A DNA stretch of 64,000 nucleotides, taken from positions 23,076 through 87,075 of the forward strand of contig JAPDFW010000010.1 of NCBI GenBank assembly GCA_028826165.1, in the 5' to 3' direction. The DNA comes from Anaeramoeba ignava BMAN (taxonomy: Eukaryota; Protista; Anaeramoebae). The notes below the pieces were generated by a model. The model did no database searches. It was not told the DNA's origin and saw only the letters and a list, made by a program, of their open reading frames with translations. Shown one piece after another: positions 11,636 through 23,444 of this stretch (position 1 is its first letter; every line of letters begins with the position of its first letter). Both the position numbers and the translations under genes were made by a program.

Positions 11636-11746
11636 TTTTTTTAAAGAAAAGAAATTTTAAAAGAAAAAAGAAAAAGAAAAAGAAAAAATGAAAATAATTT
11701 TTTTTGCTTTTTTTTTTTTCATTTTTTTTTCATTTTTTTTTTTAAA

Positions 11747-14700
11747 ATGTCTCAAATTGATTTATTAAATGATTCAATAGAAACATCTTCACAAAATCAA
11801 ATTGAAATTAGTCAAGAAACACAAGAAACTTCACAAATAGAAGAAAATAAACTTAATTTACATTTTAAAATTTATCAAACACTTAAAAATAACTGTTTGA
11901 AAATGAAAAATATAAAAATATATAAAAATATATAAATATATTTAAATAAATATAATATTTACAACGAGAATAGGGAATGAATATCAAAAAGGAGAAGCTA
12001 TTTTACCACTTACATTGAATGAAATTAAATATTTTGAAAAAAAATTATTTGAATGTGAAAAATTAAATCCTGAACAATTCGAAAATCAAAATGAAATCAA
12101 TACTAATGAAAATATCATCGGGAAAACTTTGTGGTATCTTTCTCAAATCCCGAGCTTGAAAATTCATAGCAAGAATCGCAAACAAAAAGACCAGATCACA
12201 AATATTACTTTATCGGAAATTTTCCCAACTGTCAAAACACTTCAAATAAATAATTGCATTTTAAATAATTTCTTGGATTTCCACTCACGATTTATTTTGC
12301 AATTGGAAAGTTTAACTCTTGATGATTGCGCTTTAAATTCGTTCAAGGAAATATTTTATGTTGAAAGTCAAGAAGGATTGAAACTGAAAAGTTTAATTTG
12401 CATTAACAATCAAATATCTCATTTTGAGGAATCACTTGTAAATTTTATTGAAAAAAAATTCCCAAAAAAAAAATAGTGAAGAAATTCAAACTGTGTTCTT
12501 TTACTTCTTGTGTTTTTTAGAGCATTCTCAAAAACCTCGAATATTTGGATCTTCGAGGAAATAAAATTTCAAATATAACAGGAATTGAAAACCTTGATGT
12601 TACGTATCTTTATTATGTGAATTGGTCGTTTAATCAATTGTATTCCACAGAAGAACTGAATTTCTATCTCGGAAACATCCAGGAATTATATCTCACAGGA
12701 AACAAACTGGAGACAACAGAAGGAATCCGCAAGTTATTTTCTCTTGAAATTCTCGACATTTCACGAAACAAAATAAAATCCATTTCCGAAATAGAGGCGC
12801 TGCAATCACTTCCGAGTCTGGAATATCTGAACGTCGAATTGAATCCCTGCACAAACTCAGAGCTTTTCCGCGTGAAGATTTTTTATCATCTCGACAGACT
12901 CGTTCTTCTTGATGAAAACCCAATGTCAAAAGAAGAAGAAGAACTTGTCAAATTCCTTGTAAAAGAAAAACCCCGAAAAGGGGGTTCTTTTAGTTCATTG
13001 CATTTAAGTCCCCCCAAAAAATCAACACATCATCAAATAGAAAGTTATTCAGAAGTAAAAGATCTTGAGACTGTATGCACGCAAATTGAGGAAAAGCATC
13101 GCGAGGAAAGACAGGCGATGAGACGCAAACGCAAGACGTTGGAATCGATTGTGGATCTTCTTGAGAAGTGGCAAAGACACAAGCGCTCTGCGGAGATACA
13201 CGACTCAATGTGCAACCGTTTTGATGTGCGGACAGAGACGCAAGCAAACTATTTCCAGGAACTGAGCATCAGGAACCAGCAGATCGACCTGTCAAGCTTT
13301 ATGGAAGACAAAGAAGAGCGTATTTTGCACGAGAAAATGCGGCAGTATCTCGACAAGAGACAGAAGGTGGAAGAGGAATTCAGCGCAAAAAAGGATCATG
13401 GCGAAGACAGCAGTCTTGATATTGGGACAGAATATTTCGAGAACTTGGAAAAGCTGCGGGGAGATATGGAGAGGGAAATACTTAAAAGAAAAACACACAT
13501 TGGAAGTTTTAAAAGCAATTTGACAACTAGTGATCCTAAAAGAGAAGCGGATCGGTTCGAGTCTGAGATCTCACTTTATAAAAAAGAGGGAGGCGAGCAA
13601 TGGCTGAGGATTCTCAACGAGAAGAAAAAGGCGCTTGCAGAGCAGATGCAGAAACTGAGGAAAAAGCAGGAAAAGAACCTGGAACTTCTGCGAAGATCCA
13701 TCGAACTCGGACTTTTCCGCTCACGTATTCTTGTCGAGGTTGTGGATCCTTCACAACGCGGCACAGTGTACCGTGTTCTCAAATTCTCCAAGAAAACACC
13801 CCAGTTGTTTTTGGAGCTGGACACCGCAACAATGAAGATGGAACGTAAATTGGACGCAACAGCACTCACACATATTGCTGTTGCTCAGCATTTGCAGAGA
13901 CTTGTTGTGACACTAACGTTTGAGGAAGCGACCAAAATCGGGCATAAACTCGTTGTGATCTATGCGCTCTACGACTCAGATGATGCCGATTATCTGGTCA
14001 GTTTCTTGGGTTTGCTGTCATGTACAAAAACAGTTGAAAATTGTATTCAATGCGAAAATATCCCCCAAAATTTGGAACAATTTGGAATTAATGGATTTGA
14101 ACGGTTCTTTGATATCCCCGACAAAACTGCCCAAGATTCCCAATCGGGAAACAAAACAACAGGCCATCGATCGGGTCAGATCGGTGATGGCAATAGACCA
14201 GAAACAACAACGAAATGGGCAAATGACACACAATTAGACAGTACCGATCCAAATTTGCAAAAAAACCAAATGCAAAAAACAAGATCAACAATGGAAAGTC
14301 TAACAGAAAACGATATCGCAATCGAGAACATGGGAGAGAAATTGCGCATTGTCAAGAAATACGACCGTAACTTTGAGCGCGGCGATCGAGAGACAATTTT
14401 TCTTTTCGGGTCGAGATTCATCGATTCGTATATGGACGAAGAACTGGTTTCCAAGCGCGCAAATCCGCAACGAAGAGTGCAGAACATTGACGGTGTTTCC
14501 TCATCAAAACTCAGTCACGATTCCGCTCACAAGATCCTGAAATACAACGATGTTGTCGAGCATCTTTCCACCGGAACAGAGCCTTCAGGATTTGAAATCC
14601 GAAAGGACGAACTGGAGTACATCAGCTCAACATTCTTTTTAAGTCCAGTCGGAAAGGAAACCGTTATCAAAACTCTAGTTGCAACGTATGTGCGCTCAAA

Positions 14701-15431
14701 CGAAAAACGTCCCTCCTATTTGATAATCACGTCAGAAAACATTTATTTACTTCGTTTTGACAAGCGCCGATCCAATAAGAAATTTCAAGTGGTTTTTGCC
14801 GAGCCAATTAGTAAATGTGTCGGTTTTCGCATCGGTTTCCAAAGTCAATATTTCTTGATCGTTTTCGACTCAAAACATCCAATGTCGTTTCTTTTAATGA
14901 CCTTAAGCAGATCTATAACAGAATCTTTTTTCCGCGATCTCGATAAGCTTCTTCTTTCTCATTCAAAACAAACAATCCCCGTTAACAGAGACTCAAAGAC
15001 TCTTCTTGATTTATTCCATGAAAAATTGTCGCGTAAAAAAAGAAAATCCAATTTGTTCTCCATCAGCAAAGACAACACAAACGTCCTCTATTTATACTCC
15101 AATCAAACTCCACAAAAGAAAGAAGACAAAACGCTCTCTCGTTTTGATTGGCCTCTTTCTCTTTGTCTGTAAGGAGGATCCTAGAAAATGGGCTCAAAAT
15201 ATTATCGATTACTCAAATCATTTTAAAGTTTCAAAATTTTTTCAATTTAATCAAGAAACTCATATTATTCTCTTTGCAAAAGCTGTTGAAAAAATTAGAA
15301 TTTTGTGGAAGAAAAATAAAAAAACAACTCTTCGTTTTGTTTCTCCTTCAGAAAGATTAGTTTTTGTTGATTTTATTCGTCATCAATTTATTCGAAAATT
15401 TCAAACTCCAATTTCAGTTCTTTTACAATAA
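11747..15431 (+). CDS. Leucine-rich-repeat protein with coiled coil and PH-like C-terminal regions (STK11IP/nischarin-like); 2 introns; apparent frameshift near 15090
   Basis: LRRs (LDLRGNKI, LYLTGNKL, LDISRNKI, LNVELNP) and a GGEQWLRIL motif. Introns at about 11895-11973 and 12438-12520. The C-terminus continues in the 15006-15431 frame. Confidence 0.65.
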
Positions 15432-15636
15432 TTTAAAAAAAAAGAGAAAAAAAAAAAAGATTTTTTTTAATTTGTTCCACTTTTTTTAATCAAATTTTTT
15501 AACAGAAATTTTTTTTTTTTTTTAGTTTTCATAAGTTTCCTTTTATTAAATTAATTGAAAATAATCTCAAAAAATAAATTATTTTTAAAAGGAAAATAAA
15601 AAAAAAAAAAAGAACAAAAAGAAAATTGAATCAAGA

Positions 15637-18600
15637 TCAAAATTTATATAAAGAAGGTTCAATTTTTTCAGAAAGTCTTTTAGCTTCTTCATCAGAAAGC
15701 TCAACCTTTCTAAACCATTGAATATATTCAGAAACTCTGTCTGTAACTTGAAAATTATATTTAAACTGTTGAAACGATTTCAATTCTTGAAAACAAAGAT
15801 AAAAGCGACGAATTTTTGTCCAATTGATCCAGTTATTATCCAAACGACTTGGAATGGCATTCAAGACTTCGAAATCATGAGTAAAAACAACAAGGGGAAA
15901 AAGCACAGGAGGTTTTTTTAATGCAGCAGCTCTGCGAAAAGATCTATTTGTGGGATCATCTGATATTTTTGATAAAGATTCAAGAATATTTTTATATTTT
16001 TTGGGAACTTTAGCAAATGTTTTTTTAAGTCTGTGAATAAAAAGACTATCAAGTGCAGAAATGACAGCTTTCATATCATTTAAATTTCCCAAATTCATAA
16101 GAATTGCTGCCAATCGAATAAAGGCTTGAATATATTTCACTCGAATTTCCATTGATTCTTGATTTAGAATTGAAAATGCTGCCCAATCAGTAATAGCGTT
16201 GAACCAATCTATCATCGCAATAATATTAGGGCTTGTTTTTAGTTTGTTTTCTTTTTTCCATGCTGAGCTAAAGAATTCAAATATTTCTATTTTGTAAAAT
16301 ATTTTTGATGTTTCCATTGTTATTCCTTTTGCTAATTCTTTTAAATCAATCCTTAAAATTGAAGTGCTATCTAATAATTCTTTGGAGCAATCAACCATAC
16401 TGAATGTTTCTTCTCCAAGTTTTTTAAGATCAAAAGATAGTTTTCTTTCTGTTGGTGTTCTATCATTTTTACGTTTTAGTTCGAGATGGATTTTATTTTC
16501 AATTTTATTTTCATTTTCAATTTTATTTTCAATTTTATTTTCATCTTTAATTTGATTTTGATTTTCATTTTGATTTTCATTTTCATCTTTAATTTCATTT
16601 TCATCTTTAATTTGATTTTCATTTTCATTTTCATTTTCATTTTCATTTTCATTTTCATTTTCATCTTTAATTTGATTTTCATTTTTATTTTCATTTTTAA
16701 TTTCATTTTCATTTTCATTTTCATTTTCATTTTCATTTTCATCTTTAATTTGATTTTCATTTTCATTTTCATTTTCATTTTCATTTTGATTTTGATTTTC
16801 ATTTTCATTTTCATCTTTAATTTCATTTTCATCTTTAATTTCATTTTCATTTTCATCTTTAATTTCATTTTCATTTTCATCTTTAATTTGATTTTCATTT
16901 TCATTTTCATTTTCATTTTCATTTTCATCAAAACTATCATCAAAACTATCATGCAAATCAAAAGGATCTTCATCTCCAAAAGAACTTTCATGATCGAAAA
17001 AAAAATCGGAATCAAAATATTGATCTTTATTATGATCACTTTTATCATCGACTTGATCTTGATTATCCTCTTCAACTTGAACAACATTATTTTCAAGAGG
17101 ATTTGCTTTATCTTCATGATGAAGATCGCTTTGAGTTGATTTTTGAGTTATTTCATCAGATTCATTTAAAGTATCAGCACTTTGATCAGATAAATGATTA
17201 TCAATTTTACTTAATTGTTCTGTTGAAAATTCTGATTCCATTTTACTATCAGTCATACTCATTAATCTTTCATAAAATCCTTGAGATTGATTCTTTTTGA
17301 GCAATCTTTTCACAACAATCTGAAGTAAAATCAATTCCAAAGAAATTCCAAAAGCCACAAATCGAGAATCTTTATTGAGTAACAAATGAGAATGAACAAA
17401 TCGAGAAATAAGTAAGTAACAATCAAAAGGAATCAACAATCTTTTCTTGAGTCGATAGCTTAAATAACATTCAAACACTCGAATCACATTTTTTTGCATT
17501 TGGAATCTTTGCTCAACTAATAAATTAGATTCTTCAGGACAGAAATATCTTTCAAGTAATTTCTGTGTAAAAACAATTTCATTTTTCAAAAAAACAGGAA
17601 GAAGGATCACAGCAATCCGAACAAAATAATATGAATATTCAGTGGGAGATGTGAGCAAATCAATGGATTTATTGAGTGTTGATGATGCGATTGTTGAGAA
17701 TATTTTGAAGTTTTCATCTTTTGGTTTGTTTTCTTGATTTTTCTTCTTGTTCAATGAAACCAGAAGAGGATCAGGTTTTTCTTTTGGATCATATGAAGAA
17801 AACCTTGCATTTACAACAGAACTTGTGATTTCTTTCCATAAATAGGTTTCATCAGATATTTCAAATGAGATACTTGTTTTCTGTTGTAAAAATCCATAAA
17901 TTCCATTGAGTCGATCATCTCGATCAACAACAACAACTTTGAAAGTTGAACCCGATGATATTTCTTGATCGAGAAAATTAGCATCCAAAATAACGGGAAT
18001 AAGTCCTTCTATTGGCATTGGGTCGTGATAGAATTGCCGAAAATCAAGATGAGAAAATTTTTCTCGTTCATTTTCAAGATATTTTTCTTTGTCTTTCTCA
18101 GTATCATTTTCAGTTTCCGTTTCCGTTTTGTTACTAACATTTTCTCCGTCAGTTGTTTTTGTTTGTTCTGCATTTATGTTGTGTTCAATGCTTTCCATTT
18201 CAAGTTTTTGTATTTCATGATCTCTTTTTGTCTGAGAATTTTGTCTTTCAAGAAGTTCGTATGATGATATTTTTTTATATCGTATTAAAAAAGGTATTAA
18301 TGTTCCTGATGTTGCTTTTGGATTTAATAATATTTCTTTTAATTTATTAAAAATAAAGCCAGCTTTTATTGTGGAATCGGCTAAGAGATTTACTTGGTGG
18401 AATTTGAGGTATCCAGGACAAGAGTAAACAACTCTGATAGGTTGAGGTTTCGGTTGGAATTTAAGGTATATTGTTCCTGTTGTCTAATTTTTATATATAT
18501 ATAAAAAATATTTTAATTTTAATTTTGATTTTAAATTTTGATTTTGATTTTGATTTTATACAATAACTCTATTCAACCAAGAATCTATTGTAGTTGATCT

Positions 18601-21189
18601 GCTTGGAAAAATTATAATCCCAAAATTAGAAGATTTTTTAATAGGAAGTTCAGAATCATGAATATCTGTAGGAGGATTCAGATTAGAAACACAAGTCTCA
18701 GTTTCAAAGAGCAACTGAGATTCTGTATCAGAAAAAACATACACACTTTGGTCGTGATGATCCCAATATTGAGAAATATCTTGAACATTTTTGGAACAAG
18801 ACTTCAGGAAAAGATAATAATTTTCAAACTCTTCTTGCTTATATTTGTTCCTGAATTTCTGATAAAGCGATTCCACAGGTTTTGTTGTTTCAATAGTCTC
18901 AATTACAGGCTTTCCACGAATTTGATTTGGTGGAAAAACTACTTCGATTTGTTCAATTCTTTTGATCAAATAAAAAGACGCCTCTTTTGCTCGATTAAAA
19001 ATCTTTTCATCCGCTTGAAGAAAGTCTCCAGAGAGCATGAAGTTCAGAGTGTTTTTGTTATTGTTCGTCAATTCCTTTGTCATAGACCGAGAAAGTATAA
19101 ACTCAGAAAGTTGCTTTGGATCATAACTTGCAAACAACTCGTACTTCCCTGCTAAGTTCATTTTCTGGATGCAATGCTTGATAACATCTCGCGCAATTGC
19201 CTTTTCTGGATCATATGTGATCCACATCTTCTTTCTATTAGGCAAGATTACCGTCATGTTCTTATATTGAGAATTTGGGTCATCTTGATTTTCTTCGAAA
19301 TTACTGAATAATTTTATTGGTCCTTCTCGATTTTTGATCTATTCAATAAAATATTATTATTTTATAATATTAATTATTTTGTATTTTGCTTTATTTTTTT
19401 TTTATTTGGCAAAATTATTTCAAAATCAACTAACCAATGGGTTTAATGCTTGATCATTTAAGAATTTTTGACACATTTTCATAATTTTTGAGTCTTCATT
19501 TTTGCTTAATGGAAGATATCCCATAAGAATCATTATAAGATTAACTGAATTTGCCTTAACTTGTTTGGGAATAACTTCTGTTGTTGAAGAAATCATTTCC
19601 AATAATGGTTTGAGTTTGTATAATTTTGGATCTGATATATTCTTAGGAAAGGATAACAAGTTCTTTGTGTTAATTTCAAAACAACTCCGAATAACATCTA
19701 AAAGAAGAATATAAATTATTTGTCCTTGTGTTAATTTGTCAATTTCTGGGAATTTAAATGCAAAATCCAATTCTTTGAAAAATGATAAACTAAAATAATT
19801 TTTTTCTTTAAGGATGTGAATCAATGCTTGAATAATTACAACTTTATTTCCTTCCCTAAATTTTAATTTTAATATAAATTTTATAAATGAATTTTAATTT
19901 TAATATAAATTTTAATATAAATTTTAATATAAATTTTAATTTTAAATTTTAAAAATGAATTTTAATTTTAATATAAATTTTAATATAAATTTTATAAATA
20001 AATTTTAATTTTAATATAAATTTTAATATAAATTTTATAAATAAATTTTAATTTTAAAAATGAATTTTAATTTTATAAATGAATTTTAATTTTACGATTC
20101 TTTAATATCCATTTTGGAACATGATTCTTTTGAGGAATTTGTGAAAATTGTAAGAACAAAAATTAAAGCTTGAACTCCAATTAACTCGAGTAATAAATCA
20201 ATTGCAGTTTGAGAAAAAATTTCTGAAAATTCTTCAGTTATATTTTTGAATTGTTCCATTAATTCAGGAATAGTTGAATATGTTAATTTAGGTGAATATC
20301 TGAGATTTGTTGTTGAATTTGTTTTGCATAATTCTTTTAATGGTGATGCTTTTTTTAATAGAATTGAAATCTCTTGTTTTTTCTGAAAACTCATAAAATT
20401 GATAATGTAAGGATCAATACTTTTGTTTTTCAAAATAAATTTAAAAATAAAATTATAATTTTTAATTTTAAATTTTGATTTAAATTTTAATTTTAATTTT
20501 AATTTTAATTTTAATTTTAATTTTAATTTTTATTTTAATTATAATTTTAATTTTTATTTTAAATTTAATTTTAATTTTAATTTTAATTTTAATTTTAATT
20601 TTAATTTTAATTTTTGGAATTTTGAATTGGGAATTAATTTTTATTTTGATTTTAATTTTGATTTTAATTTTAATTTTAATTTTAATTTTGATTTTAATTT
20701 TAATTTTTGGAATTTTGAATTGGGAATTAATTTTATTTTTAATTTTAATTTTTTATTGTATTTTTAATTGGAATTTTAATTTTAATTTTAATTGTAATTT
20801 TAATTTTTGATTTTGATTTTAATTTTAATTTTTTGGAATTTTTTGATTAAAATTTAATTGAAAATTGAAGATTCAAAAGGAAAAGAAAAAAAAAGGAAAA
20901 GGAAAAAAATAAGAAAAAGAAAAAAATAAGGAAAAGAAAAAAAATAATTAAAATTTACTTCATATTTTCCAAATTTTGTTTAATGTATGCTTTAGCTTCT
21001 TCATCTTGTGGATTATCACTTGAGAATTTTCTTACTAAACGAGCACTTGTAAATAAATTTGGAGTTTGTTTCTATTTTATTTAAATTTTTGTTTATTAAA
21101 AATAAATTTATTTTTAAAATTTGCTTTTAAATTTGCTTTTAATTTATTTTTTTTACATGAAACATTGAATCAAATTCTCTATTTGTCAT
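15637..21189 (-). CDS. RasGEF (CDC25-type) with REM domain, N-terminal ubiquitin-like/FERM-F1-like region and EN-repeat insert; about 6 exons
   Basis: CDC25 motifs SPNIIAMIDWFNAITDW, RVKYIQAFI and LGNLNDMKAVISALDS...HRLKKTF. Upstream ORF pieces (18556, 19426, 20092, 20959-21071) are linked by GT-AG introns to the ATG at 21189 (MTNREFDSMFH). Confidence 0.8.
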
Positions 21190-21424
21190 TAAAAAAAAAA
21201 AGAGAGAAAAAAAATGATTTCTTGTAAATAAAAAAAAAAAAAAAATAAAAAAAAAATTTTATTAAGAAAAAAGTTCGTAATTTATTTAAACGGAAAAAGT
21301 AATTGAATTAAAAAGAATCAATCAAAAAAATGGTTTTAAAATTCTTAAATCAAAAAGAAAAAAAAAGAAAAGAAAGAAAAGTAAATTGAATCTAATTGTG
21401 TTTGTTTTTTTGTTTTAATTTTTA

Positions 21425-23356
21425 TTAACGGATCATTGTTCCATCTGGCAAATCACAAGTAATTGGTCCACTTTTAGTTATTAAATGAATTCCATTTAAA
21501 GTTGCTACTTTCTTTTCAATCTTAAGTTTTTCTAATAATTTATTCCAATTTTTTTTATTCATAATTGGACGAATTTTACTTTTATCAAAATTTCGATCAA
21601 AAAGAGTTATTTGTTCTCCAATTTCTGAATTTTCTGGTGGAACAAGAAGTTTAATTGATTCTCCATTTATTCCAGTAAGGATCATTCCCTTTAATTTTAA
21701 TTTTAATTTTAATTTTATAAATGAATTTTAATTTTAATTTTAATTTCAATTTTAATTTTGATTTTAATTTTAATTTTAATTTTAATTTTAATTTTAATTT
21801 TATAAATGAATTTTGATTTTATAAATGAATTTTAAATTTTAATTTTAATTTTAATTTTAATTTTAATTTTAATTTTAATTTTATAAATTTAATTTTAATT
21901 TTAATTTTAATTTTAATTTTAATTTTAATTTTAATTTTAATTTTAATTTTGATTTTAATTTGAATTTTGATTTTAATTTTAATTTTAATTTTGATTTTTG
22001 ATTTTAATTTTATAAATGAATTTTAAATTTTAATTTTAATTTTAATTTTAATTTTAAATTTTAATTTTAATTTTAATTTTGATTTTATAAATGAAATTTG
22101 ATTTTTAATTTTAATTTTAATTTTTAATTTTAAATTTTGATTTTGATTTGAATTTTAATTTTGATTTTGATTTTGATTTTAATTTTGATTTTGATTTTTA
22201 ATTTTGATTTTAATTTTAATTTTAATTTTAATTTTAATTTTGATTTTAATTTTAATTTTAATTTTAATTTTAATTTTAATTTTATAAATGAATTTTAATT
22301 TTAATTTTGATTTTTATAAATGAATTTTAATTTTAATTTTAATTTTAATTTTATAAATGAATTTTGATTTTATAAATTTTAATTTTGATTTTGATTTTAA
22401 TTTTGATTTTGATTTTAATTTTGATTTTAATTTTAATTTTAATTTTAATTTTAATTTTGATTTTAATTTTGATTTTAATTTTAATTTTGATTTTATAAAT
22501 GAATTTTAATTTTAATTTTAATTTTAATTTTAATTTTGATTTTAATTTTAATTTTAATTTTGATTTTAATTTTAATTTTAAATTTAAATTTTGATTTTGA
22601 TTTTAATTTTGATTTTGATTTTGATTTTAATTTTGATTTTGATTTTGAATTTTAATTTTAATTTTAATTTTAATTTTGATTTTGATTTAAATTTTGATTT
22701 TAATTTTAATTTTAATTTTAATTTTAATTTTGATTTTAATTTTGATTTTAATTTTGATTTTGATTTTGATTTAAATTTTAATTTTAATTTGAATTTTGAT
22801 TTTAATTTTGATTTTATAAATGAATTTTAATTTTAATTTTGATTTAAATTTTAATTTTGATTTTGATTTTGAATTTAAAAATTACTTCACTAAGAACTCC
22901 ACGAAGTTTGGCTTTTGCAAGATTCATAATAACAGCAACTTTCTTTTTATTAATTTGATCAATTGAATGACTCTTTTTCAAACCAGTAACAACACTTTTA
23001 ACTTCATTTCCAATATTAATTTTCAAATGATAAAGAGAATCAGATTTTTCAATTTCCTCGACATTTTCAATAAACCCAACAATAATATTGCACTGAGCAT
23101 ACAATCCATCTAATTCTTCTTGAGATAATTCCTTTTGTACTTGTTTTGAGCCTTTTTTTTTGGGCGCTGTTTTTGTTTGCTTTTTTGCTTGTGGTTGTTC
23201 TTTGGGTTTAAAAGTTGACCAATCAAATACTTCTATTGGAAATTCTTCTTTTTTTTCTCCTTTAAAACCACAAATAGGACAACGAATTTCAAATGGTTTT
23301 GTCATAACGTAATTGCATGAATTGCATTTTTCTTGGACAATTTGGGTTGCAGACAT
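21425..23356 (-). CDS. Zinc-ribbon + tRNA-binding OB-fold (Trbp111/EMAP-II/Arc1p-like) protein, 2 exons (23356-22886, 21688-21425)
   Basis: N-terminal CNSC...CPIC. tRNA-binding motifs IIVGFIENVEEIEKSDSLY, VVTGL, NLAKAKLRGVLSE|GMIL and LLVPP...IGE. The 1.2-kb (AATTTT)n intron is phase 0. Confidence 0.85.
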
Positions 23357-23444
23357 TTTAAAGAAAAATGAAAAATGAAAAAATGAAAAAATGAAAAATG
23401 AAAAAATTTCATTTATTTTTCCAAATTGTTTTAAATCTGGAATC

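Noticed and set aside
12664-14540. Cluster of short overlapping ORFs in the GC-richer region
   Set aside because: Expected by chance where stop codons are rarer. All overlap the long LRR-protein exon and show no motifs.
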